This document shows, piece after piece, positions 39,200 through 50,208 of a DNA stretch of 64,000 nt. Numbering within the stretch: position 1 is the stretch's first letter; each line of letters starts with the position of its first letter. The stretch lies in assembly GCF_036321535.1 (NCBI RefSeq), contig NC_087436.1, forward strand, positions 25,670,001 through 25,734,000, read 5' to 3'. This DNA is from Camelus dromedarius (Eukaryota). The translations under genes and the position numbers were made by a program. The notes beneath the pieces are model-generated. The model saw only the letters and a program-made list of their open reading frames with translations. It made no database searches and was not told the origin of the DNA.

Positions 39200-41542
39200 C
39201 TGACCCTCCCAAGTCAATCACTTCTGGCGCCTTGGGAGTGAGATCAGCACCAAGCCCTGCAGACCTTCTCCCACTTGGTCTCTTCTTTGTTTGTCTTTCT
39301 ATTTATTCCACATGGCATCAACATAATCACTTCCCTATTCAATCTGTACATTCCCCCTTTACAGCCATAAAAAGAAGTGTAAAAGAAACTTATTTTGAAA
39401 TAATAATAGAGAAACTACAAGGTCCTTTTTAAGAAAAAGAATGGGAACTCCATGGATGGGACTATGCAACCCTTCTCACACAATCCCTTACATTCAAACT
39501 ACTTTGAAATTTAAATTCATTGTTTAAGATGATCCAAACAAAACAGAGACTGAAAATGTGCCATTGCGTTAGCAACCACACCTCTTGACATGATACACAT
39601 GAAGATGGTTAAGAGTGACTCAATTGTGTTCCTGGATGAGTAGGGAGATGCCTTTGGAATGAGGCAGAACCAGGTTACTGAAGTGAGGCAACAACTAACT
39701 GTATATGCTTAGGAAACTAAGTTTTCTAAGCATCTTTGTCTTCCTTTGCTGAAATGTGGATAATATCTATTTTTTTTTTCTGTTTATTAAGAGGGATAAA
39801 TGAGAAAAACATACTGGAGTAATTTATTGTCGTTATAGGCAGCCTCCATTCTTTTCTAACCAAAGGTATGTGTCCCACAGTATCCTTATTATGCTCTCCT
39901 AATTTTTGTTTAAACTAGTGATATTATATTGCATGGTCATTGCTACTACTAAGCAGTACAATTATCTATCGTAAATAATAAGACTTTTATTATTTTGTCA
40001 AAAGGAACCGTGTGAAACTCAGCTGAAAGAACTCAGGACACAAATTTTTTACCCTTATTTTACATGTCTGTATGCAAAGAAAAAAACCCTTGTGTTTTCA
40101 CTTTGATTTGGGGTTCAAAAAACCCTAAAAGTTAAAACCAACACTCAGAGAAGCCTATCAAGTTTTTTTTTTCCCCAATTGTGACTTTCTTGTATTCCTC
40201 CCCTAAGTTCATAGGGGATGGCTGACACTGCTTTTCTTAACCATCATCAGCTGGAAAAGTTAATGATCCTCAATTTGGATCCAAAGACAGAATTTTCTCC
40301 CACAAAATCAAAATTGGTAAGATTATCTTAGATACCCACTGTGGGCAAACAAAAATTACGTTTACTTGATTATATAAAAATTAACCAGCAGAGTATTTTA
40401 AAAATACATGACTATAATGTTGTTTGTTCTAATAGTTTAGAAGTATAGCAAAAGAAATGGGTTACTTTTTTCCCTTAGAGCTCTTCCTAATAAGCTAACA
40501 AACATGAATAACTGTATTTCAAGATTTTCTCTGCTATATAATCCCCCCTCGAATGCTTTCAGGCACTAAAGAACTTTGCAGAGATTAACCTTTGGAAAAA
40601 GTTGTCTTTTTAGAAAAGAATAAACAAAAGGAAAAAAAAAAAAAACCTATGTGAAATTTCCCAGAGAAGCTCCTTCTGATTTACACTAACGGGTATGAAG
40701 ATCATATGGAAAATTAAACACCAAAATCTAAAATTTCAGGGCAAGAGAATTTATGCACACAAATCCTATTACCAGCTAATGGGATTTGTGGGAATCCCCA
40801 GTGACCTATTTAGAAAATTTACCCCCTGTTGTTCAAGATGAATATATCATGTGAGCTAAACCAGAATACACAGTCCTCCTGTTGGCTTTATCCCCAGTCT
40901 GTCAAGTGATCCCTCAATGATTTCTGAGAGATGCTGGCAACCATATCAGTTTGCATATCTGACTGACAGTGCAAAATGACATCTATATTTTCTCTTTTAA
41001 GTTCTCCAAAACTTGTTTCAATTTTTTTTTTTTTTTTAGTTTTCTTCCTTCCTCCCTTTCCCCTTTGCTGCCTCCCCTTTTCCTCCCCCTCCCCATCTTC
41101 CTCTTCTCTTCTTTTTTCCTCCTCTCTTCCTCCTTCTTATTCTTTACTGTAGGGAAGAAGCCAAGGAAGCACTAAAGCATTCATATTCTCTTTGTCTATA
41201 CTTGGTTGAATGGATTGAGGCTTGTGTCCCAACAGAAGCACATACCACTGCTGCGGTTTCCGAACTCTCTCTGTGATAGAGACATACACACGTTTCTGGA
41301 GAGATAGTCATATGTGTAAGTCAGGCTTATCAGGGGCTGAGAAAACCAAATCACTGGAGTGACCAAACACGTGGAAGAGTCTGGTGGCAGTGAGATTGCA
41401 TCCCCCTTTGTATAATACTCCTTTGCCAAAACATCTGTTTTCTCTGGGACATGGGCTCTAACTACACTCATGAGGTCCTCTGACTGGATATAGAGTCATT
41501 CTCCAGACGGCACTGTCCCTCCTTGAAAAGGGCATGTTTTTA

Positions 41543-41679
41543 GGGGGCAGAGGGTGTAGCTCAGTGGTAGAGTGCACGCTTGGTTGCACGAGGTCCTGGG
41601 TTCAAACCCCAGTGTCTCTATTAAGGGAAAAATAAAATAAAATAAAAAGTGAAACACAATCACCCAGAAGAAAAAAGGG
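41543..41679 (+). mobile_element. tRNA-Ala-derived SINE (camelid Vic-1 type) with TSD
   Basis: A box TAGCTCAGTGG 41557-41567, B box GGTTCAAACCC 41599-41609, altered anticodon arm, A-rich tail. TSD gggcatgttt(t/c)ta at 41530-41542 and 41680-41692. Confidence 0.85.
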
Positions 41680-42626
41680 GGGCATGTTTCTACTTACCAG
41701 CCAATGAAACATCTATATCCTGAAAGCATATATCGCAAATTCTTTTTTAGAATATGCAGTCTGAAAACAAGTATACAAAACTAAATCAAAGTAATGCACA
41801 ATCAAACTATACCTCCTTAAACATGAATTTTAAGAATGTTTTTATAAGAATTAAACTGTTTGATAATATTACAAAAACTACTGGGTAAGAAAAGAGTTTA
41901 GACATGATATTCTTGGTATTACTCCGATCACCAAACATAATTTTACAGAGGGTTACTCTTATAAATTAAAGATGGGTAAAACTTAAAAGTCATTCAGAAT
42001 TGGATTTATGTGAAGCCAAAATAATGATATATAATAAAATAAGATTCTTTATATAAGTTTTTTTTATTTAACATCAAAAGGTTAAATATTACTTATTTTT
42101 CAGCAACTTGACTTTTTAAAACATATGGAAGTCACAATTTGTTTGGGAATATACGAGTTATTATTATATTCTTAGTTTATTTCATGTAGAAGGTGACTTT
42201 TTCTCCAAAATTTCAGAACATCTGAGCAGATGCATTCAGTACACAATCTTTGATTATTTCACTGTCTACTGACTTGTGTATATCCTTGGCCTCTTAGCTT
42301 CATTCCTTTTACTTTCAGTATTGCTGAATGTTATTAGACTCAGGGATCATTAGATGCAATTTTAACTTTTGAGTTTCTTTTTTTAATCATTTTGTAAGGG
42401 TTGATATTTCATGAGTCTTGTTCTTCCTTAAAGATTTCCAAAGTTCAAAGATAAAGTCTTTTAAAAGAATAAAACTCATTCTATTTTGTAATTACCATGT
42501 GAGTCCATGGACACTTTTATTTTTTTAAAAAAAGGATTAAAAGATTTATTATGTGAAATTAATGATCTATTTTTCATATATCTTGAAATATGCTATTTCA
42601 TAACTCTAGAAATTATTTCATCTTAA

Positions 42627-43492
42627 CTCTTCATTACACATCAGTTCTTCTCAACTATCCAAAAAATCTTAAAATAACAAGAATAAAGAAGAATGATAAG
42701 AAACATTTAGAGGGATAATACAAAAGTGAAATAAATTGTTATTCTTCAGCTTTCTTACTGTGTTGTCTGTCCAAAGTAATGCATCATCTTTCAAGAAGGC
42801 ATAAAGGAAATCTGCCTGTCATTATTTTTTGTAGTCTGCTTTTAGCTTTCATTGAGCACAGTAAAATCTCTGAATTTTTTTCTGCCTATCTGAGCAAAGA
42901 GATGGATATTGACAGAGAAAGACATTTCACAATCATTAGACAAATCAGAAGATGAATGCAAAGGGAATGAGAACAGCACTCTGGACTACTATGGGATGGT
43001 GATATGGGTCATATAAGCAAAATCTCAGACTGTAAGTCTTCAGATTGATGAAACCTTACAAAAACTTTTCAAACTCAACATGGAAGAGGAAACAATATAC
43101 TTCTAAGGACAAAAAGGTAATATGGTTTTCTCATCCAGTTAGCCAATTATCAGGAAGAAGGACTTCATAACATAAAACTTTTGACAAAAATCTAGACATC
43201 ACATTTTTTAGAAGGATGTATGACTATATCATTTCGTATTTTATGAAGCTTCATGCCAAAACTTACTTCATAAAAACGGTAACTGTCTTGATACTACTGT
43301 TAAAATTTGATAGTTTACTGTGACTAAATTATGATTAAATTTTTAATAAAAATTACATAAATTAAACTTTTAATTTAAATGTTTTACAGGTTACTTGTAA
43401 AATGATTTAAAATATTTTAAAAATTAAATTCAAGGTGTTCATTAGGCCCAGAGAGTAAATAGTTTTGAATATTTTTCCTGGCAAATTGAGGG
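42627..43492 (+). mobile_element. piggyBac-family DNA transposon (Looper-like), internally deleted
   Basis: TTAA at 42623-42626 and 43493-43496 with degenerate TIRs (ctcttcatt / aattgaggg). Transposase N-terminal remnants LTEKDISQSLDKSEDECK (from 42909) and QYTSKDKKVIWFSHP (from 43093). Confidence 0.8.
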
Positions 43493-44519
43493 TTAAGCTG
43501 CATATATTCTAAATGAGTTTGTGTGTTATAAATTAAAACATTTTAGCAAATCTAATAAAAGTATACATCCTCATCTTGACTTCTAATGTTGGCTAAAGAA
43601 AGAAAAAAACTCAGACTGATCACTGCTATCCTTGGACCTGCAGGATATGAAAAACAGTAGAGTAAGGAGACAAAAGAGGAGGGCAAAGATGAGTGCTGCT
43701 GATCAAATTACCAACTAGGTTGGTTTCAGAATGTTTCATCAAAACTTTTGGACCCAACTCCCCAGTTCATCCCAGGGCAGCAACAACAACACTCAAGACA
43801 GAAACAGAGTAATATATAATATAAAAAGATCCTTTGTTGTTCTGTGAGCATGTGCCTCGCCAAAATTCCCACTGTGCTCCTACGTAACCAATTATCAGAA
43901 TCATGATGTCAGTGCAACTACAGTGTACATACATTTTTTCCTTATTTGCAGATCTGTAATTACTTGCATTTAGCTCATACTACTTATATCTTAGTAAACA
44001 GCCATGAACATTTTTATTGGTTGTACACATATAAGTAGGCCTTATTTACTATTGAATAAAATTTATCAATCCAATTAAATTAACCTGAAAGCTATGTTGA
44101 GTGGCAGAGGTCCACATATACTAGTTCCTTTGATTATATGGTAGCAAAACACATCCATCAGGTCCCAGGTCCCAAAGATGTGTGTCAAGGACATTCAGCC
44201 ATACAGACAGCTCAGTTAAGTCTCATCTACTTTGTCTCTATTCATCAAACTCTCTCAACTGTGAACCATTAGTGGCAAGAATTGATTCAAAGTTTTTGGA
44301 CAATACTGCCTTCAGCCTGGCCATTCTCCTAGTTCCTGTTGTAAAATTCTAGCCTTATCCTTCACGTAGTCCAAAAAATGAGCTTCTTAATTTTCACAGC
44401 TATTAGGATTCTACTGCTTCATCTTAAGAGAGGCGAACTAAGAGTCTAGACTAGAAGTCATGTTCTTTACTTCTCCCATTTCTTTCATTTATTTGTATGA
44501 ATCATAATAGCATTTTCCA

Positions 44520-45665
44520 TTTTTTTTTATTAAGACTATTTTTAGAGCAATTTTAAGTTCACCACAAAACTGAGGGGAAAGTACATAGATTTCCCATGTA
44601 GCTCCTTTCCCCACACGTGCACAATCTTCCCTATCATCACTATCCCCCTCCGGAGTGGTTCCTTTGTACAACTGATGAACCTACACTGACACATAATCAC
44701 CCAAAGTCCATAGCTTACATTACTATTCATTCTTGGTGTTGTATATTCTATGGATTTGAACACATGTATAATGACTTGCAGCCATCATTATGGTATCATA
44801 CAGAGGATTTTCACTGTCCTAAAAATTCTCTGTGCTCTACCTATTCAACCCCCTCCCACCCAACTCCTTACAACCACGGTTTTTTTTTTTCTTTTTTCAC
44901 TATCTTCATAGTTTTGCCTTTTCTAGAATGTCATATAATTGGAGCATAAAGCATGTAGCATTTTCATATTGGCCTTTTTCACTTAGTAGTAATATGCATT
45001 TAACTTTTCTTTTTGTCTTTTTATGATTTCATAGCTCATTTCTTTTTAACGTTGAATAATATTCCATTGTCTGTATCTATCACAGTTTATTTTTCCATTC
45101 ACCTACACAGAAGCACATCTTGGTTGCTTCCAAGTTTTGGAATTATGAACAAAGTTGCTATTAACATCATGTACAGGCTTGTGTGGTTATAAGTTATGAT
45201 CTCTCTTGGGTAAAAAGCAAGGAGTGAGATTGCTGGATCATATGATAAGAGTATGTTTAGTTTTCTAAGAAATCACCAAAGTATCTTCCAGAGTGGCTGG
45301 ACTATTTTAGAGTCCCATCAGAAACGAATGTGAGTCCTTTTTGCTCCACATCTTCACCAGCATTTTCTATCGCCAGTGTTCCAAGTTTTGACCATTCTAA
45401 TAGGTAAGTAGTAGTATCTCAGTGTTGTTTTAATTTGCATTTCCCTGATGACATATATATGGAGCATGTTTTCATATGCTGATTTGCCATCTATATATTT
45501 TCTTTGCTGAGGTGTCTTTTAAAGTCTTTACTCCATCTTTTAATTAGGTTTTTTGTTTTCTTATTGCCTAGTTCTTTGTATATTTTAGATAACAGTTCTT
45601 GATTGGATGTGTCTTTTGCAAATATTTTCTCCCAGACTGTGGTTTGTTTTCTCATTCTCCTGATC
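44520..45665 (-). mobile_element. Old L1 (L1MB/MC-like), ORF2 C-terminus plus 3'UTR
   Basis: The minus ORF 45491-45736 includes [28 protein letters not shown]; standard L1 3' motifs; T-run tail at 44520. Confidence 0.9.
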
Positions 45666-48600
45666 ATAATTGGACTTAAATTTTTATTCTCAGATGGATT
45701 TTCTATAAGAGGAGGAATGTATGGCGTAAAACACACAAACAGGGAGATGCACTACAGCCAACAGTGGAAATGAACTTGAATCTTCTAATTTAAGAAATAT
45801 TTTAGAGAACCAACTACACATAAGGTTCTATGCTAGTCTCCTGGAAGAGATGAAAAAGTAAAACCAACAATCAAAACAATATGGTAAGAGTCTCAATAGA
45901 TGTTTATATTGGACTTTAACATTCTGTGGGGTCAGGAAGGAGAATGCATGAAGGCTTCATGAGAGTACAGGTAAAGATTCACAGGGAGGGTGAAGATTAT
46001 TAAGATAATAATACTGTTCCAATTATGTGTCTATCAAATTGATCAATTTGCTATTTCTCCAAGTGGTAGTGGGCCATTCTCTTCTCGTCAGGCACTTGGT
46101 ATTTCCCTTTATTTTTAGATGAGAGCTGCCTTCTGTGAAATCATTCAATAATTCTCTTGGCCCTCGGAATAAAACATTTATTTCTTTATAAGTCTCCCCA
46201 CCGTAGCCTCATACTTCCTTCCTAGGAAAAAAAATGCCTATAATTTTGGGGTCTTTCCTGAATAAATTGTTCTTATTTAGTTAATTAAATGTAATTGTTA
46301 ATTCACTGTAACTCTCTGCGCCTTGAATAAATCTATAAACCACTTCATTCCTATTTCCTTGCAAAGTCTCTTTTCTCTTCTATGGCACCATCCCTTCTAG
46401 CAGCTTCTGCTGACTTACCATTCTAAATCCATTTTTAATTTTATAACTTTCACAACACAAAAGCATAATCCTCAGTAAACCCAAGTAGGAGATGATTACT
46501 GTTGGTAAATGCTTTAGGGTTTATCCAAATAGCGCTGTTATTTTGTAAATTTCCATACTCTTGATAGGTAAGTTGAATGCATGTTGAATTCACAACCATT
46601 TTTATGTGTGTGCGTTTCAGTTTTCAAAGATCCGTGAGTGCCATATGTAGAAAAGAAATCACACAAAGACAAGCTAATTAGAAAGAAACAGCCCAGAGGA
46701 AACAAACCTGGACTTAATGGTGGCTGCCAACCTTAGAAAGCAAATGTCATTCTACCGTAAAATCCCTGAACATTCCTTTCTTTTTCTGAGGCTCTCAGGA
46801 TCAGAGGAACAAATGCTGCAGAGGTAAATAAAAATCCATGTAGCCACAGCAAATGTTGTTTGTGTAGACCAGACCCAAATAACCACATTGGTTCAGAGCC
46901 GAGCTTTTTAATCAGAGACTATTTATGACCAACTAAAGATGTCTTAATGAGACAGAACCACAACAAAAGGGAAGGTATATTAACACAAAGCTTGTTTATA
47001 AGTTGGCTGGAAATCATTATTTTTATAGGAAGAGTTTCAAATTTTGTTATTTTCTACTGGTACTGGATGACTACTGAGTAATTTACAAATAGAAAAATAA
47101 GAATAAGTTAATGAACTGGCAAAAACACGGAGTTGTTTTTTGGAAATGTTACCCAAAAAATTCAAGCAAAACCACTCAACCATGTGAATATGCAAAATCT
47201 GTTCTTTGTTTTACACGTATGCTTTCTTGTTATTGAGTTGTAAGATACAAGGTGACTTCCTTTCACTAATGGAAGTCCAAAGTTTATCTTGTCAAGGCTG
47301 TACTAGCATTTAATTCATCATAGAACAAATGCTGTCTTGATTATATCATGCCATAACTTTGGGAAAATTATTTTTGTTACTTATTGGAGTTGCCAGGTAA
47401 ATAACTTGTGGTAAACTGATATTCAAGGGATATCACATTCTCATTCATTGAAACTTGTAAAATTAAAAATGAATAAAACTTCTTAGCTCCAAAGAATTAG
47501 AGTAAAGGAGATTCATGATTTTTTAACACATACTATTTGGGATGTATTGCAGACAATATGATTTTTAAATGCTTTATTTTTTCCTTACTTACTAGAACTT
47601 TTTTTTCCCTAAAGAATCCTATTGTTTACCATGTTAAAAACATGAAAACCAGAAGATAAGATAAAATAAAAATCAGCTCAACAACTCTGGTTTAATTAGT
47701 AATTTTTCTCATTCCCTTAAATGAAGATGCCTACAGAAATAGTAACATTTTCATAAGAAACTGGAGATTCCAAACTGAAACCATATGTCTTGTTAAGGCT
47801 AGTCCTTAAGCTCAGGAAATACCAATTACCTTCATTTGTTGTTTTTTTCTTTTAACTCCTAAAAATGTAGGCATGGTTTTGAATTCCAGTTTGGCAACTA
47901 TATGCAATTCCCCATCAGTGTCACTCACTTTTGTGCCTTTTATCTTTTTCTTAAAGTTATGTTTGATCTTTTCTCAAAGATTTTTTTTTTTTCTGAATGA
48001 AAGGGGGAAAATGTGATTTTAGTTCACAGTTTAGTTTTGTGTCTTTCTTCACATACTCAAGCCAACTCTGTGCAAGATCAGAAATATCTTCTACTCTCTG
48101 CTATAGTTGAGTTTTATGACTGCTGAAGACTGTTCTCATTGTTAATTTTACAGGTATTTTATAGACTAAAATGTGCTATTTTTTGAGTATCAATTCCCCC
48201 TAAGTTACTTACATGGAATTTCTAATAAAGAATAAATAATAAAAATAATTAGAATTAAAGAAATATATCATTTTGCTTCTTTTCATTGGGAGATATTTTT
48301 AAATTCCTCTTTTCTACTAAAATTTCCTGGCTGGCATTTCTAAACTTACCCAAGAATAACCTACATTTACCTTTTAAAAATTTTCTGGTCCATAACTATT
48401 AATTCATTCAGTAAATATTTATTGACTAATGTATAGAATGAGGAATATGGTGGTACAGTATCTCTATACAGGCTTTCCATCTTGGGCACTAGTGTTATTT
48501 GACAGTGAAGAGCTTCTTTTGTTTTTCTTTTTTCTTTTTCCTGCTCTCATTCACTCTCTTTCACATAAAGCAATGCGTGGTGCGTGGCATACTATTAGAA

Positions 48601-49729
48601 TTTCTTCTGCTGGCTACTCTTCTTCTATTACTATTAGTAGATTTCAGTATCTGGTTTTCAAACATCCCAGAGTTTTGTCTGCATGTTTGAAATCAATTGT
48701 TTAACAATTCAGAAACAACCAGAGCTAACAGCAGTCACTAATATTGATACAATGCTGTGCAGTTTACTATTTGCCCTTCACAGATTCTAAGCAGTTGCCT
48801 CAAGTCTCACTCAAATCTTGTGCCACTGGTTTATTATTACTTCTTCTTGTCAAACCTGAGTTAATACATACAGACACATTAATACATATAGACAAGGTCA
48901 TTGCACTAGAAAATAGCAGAATCAGGATTGAAATCAGTACCTCTGAATTTTAAGTGCATTATTTCAATGTCTTTTCATGAGCCTCTTCTCTGTCTCTGAA
49001 ACTTTGTACTACATTGGGACAATCTAGTAAAACTTAGAAAATAGAGAAAAATCAAATTGTTGTCTAATTTTATAAGTATGGTTAAAATATAAGTGCTTTA
49101 GATTTCAATTTTTACATTCATATGAGCACAATCATCTTGAATATCATTCTTTCGTACTTAATTTATCATGGATCAGATTATGAACACCAGAACTTTAGAA
49201 ATATGAGAAGGATTAGAGATTATCATGCTCATAACTCACTCTTATAAATAATAAGGGTGTGCATAAACTGTTATTAAATGTATACAATGCAGTAGAAGGC
49301 AATATGGCCCTATGTCAGAAGGGCTACAAACTGCAGTCTGTAGTAGGGATGTGTTAAAGAAACTCCAGGCCCAAAATGAGGTCACTTGTGCTAAGCCCAT
49401 GTCAGTAAACCAAGACTTAATACCTAACCTAATTGCAGTTACCACGTCCCAAGGGAATGTAGTCTTACCCAGTCAATCTGGAATTGTCTGGTCAGCACCA
49501 AGGAGATGGTCTGCCACATAGCTCCTTCCATCCCCCATAGGTAGGTTACCTAAGTTTGAAACAGTCAACTCTTTCTCCCCTTCTGCCTATAAAAGCCTTT
49601 CACTTCATACAGCTCCTTGGAGCGCCTCTCTACTTGCTAGATGGCTGCTGCCTGATTCATGAATTATTCAATAAAGCCGATTAGAGCTTTAAATTTCACT
49701 CAATTGAATTTTTGTTTTTTTAGCAGTTT

Positions 49730-49747
49730 TGGTGGCAGCAATGGGAT
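49730..49747 (+). promoter_or_regulatory. Primer-binding site complementary to the tRNA-Leu 3' end
   Basis: TGGTGGCAGCAATGGGAT vs tRNA-Leu complement TGGTGGCAGCGGTGGGAT (16/18), 4 nt after the 5' LTR. Confidence 0.85.
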
Positions 49748-49883
49748 CTAAAGAGAAGTTCTAACAGCATTCAGGGACAATGAGAAACACAGGCATGATA
49801 CCCGCAAACCCCATTTTTGCCATTTCTGAGAGATGTGGGTGAGTTCCCTCTTGGTTCTGAGCTCTGCTGTCTTTGCATTGAGC

Positions 49884-50208
49884 TCCCCATCTAATTGGTC
49901 TTCCAGTCAGTTCCCCATTTGTCTGGAATCACTATTTCCACATTGGGAGCTGCTGGTAGTTTGAACCACAGTTTCCCATTTGATTGGAAACCCCAGCTCT
50001 TGGTTCTGTCCCAAGATTCCACATTGGGAACTGCTGGTGGTGTAGTCTGTAGCTCTCCATTTGTTTGGAATCCTTCCCCTGATTCCACGATGGAAACTGC
50101 TGGTGGCAGCTGCAGTTCCCCATTTGTTTGGAAACAGTCTGTAGATCCCATCTGAGGTCTCAATCCTTTCCTCCAGTTCCAGGTTCCACACTGGGAGTTG
50201 GTGGTGCA
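49884..50208 (+). repeat. Degenerate ~60-80 bp tandem repeat in the ERV leader
   Basis: Four to five copies of tcccatttgtttggaa...ttccacattgggaactgctggtgg starting at about 49911, 49972, 50053 and 50115, with a partial copy at 50183. Confidence 0.85.

Noticed and set aside
41196..41471. 91-aa minus ORF and a possible + strand cassette exon 41236-41315 (cccaacag..gtaagt)
   Set aside because: No recognisable protein, no partner exons, weak polypyrimidine tract; within chance.
41551..41620. Functional tRNA-Ala gene
   Set aside because: Disrupted anticodon arm and acceptor stem, plus an A-rich tail and TSD, indicate a SINE.
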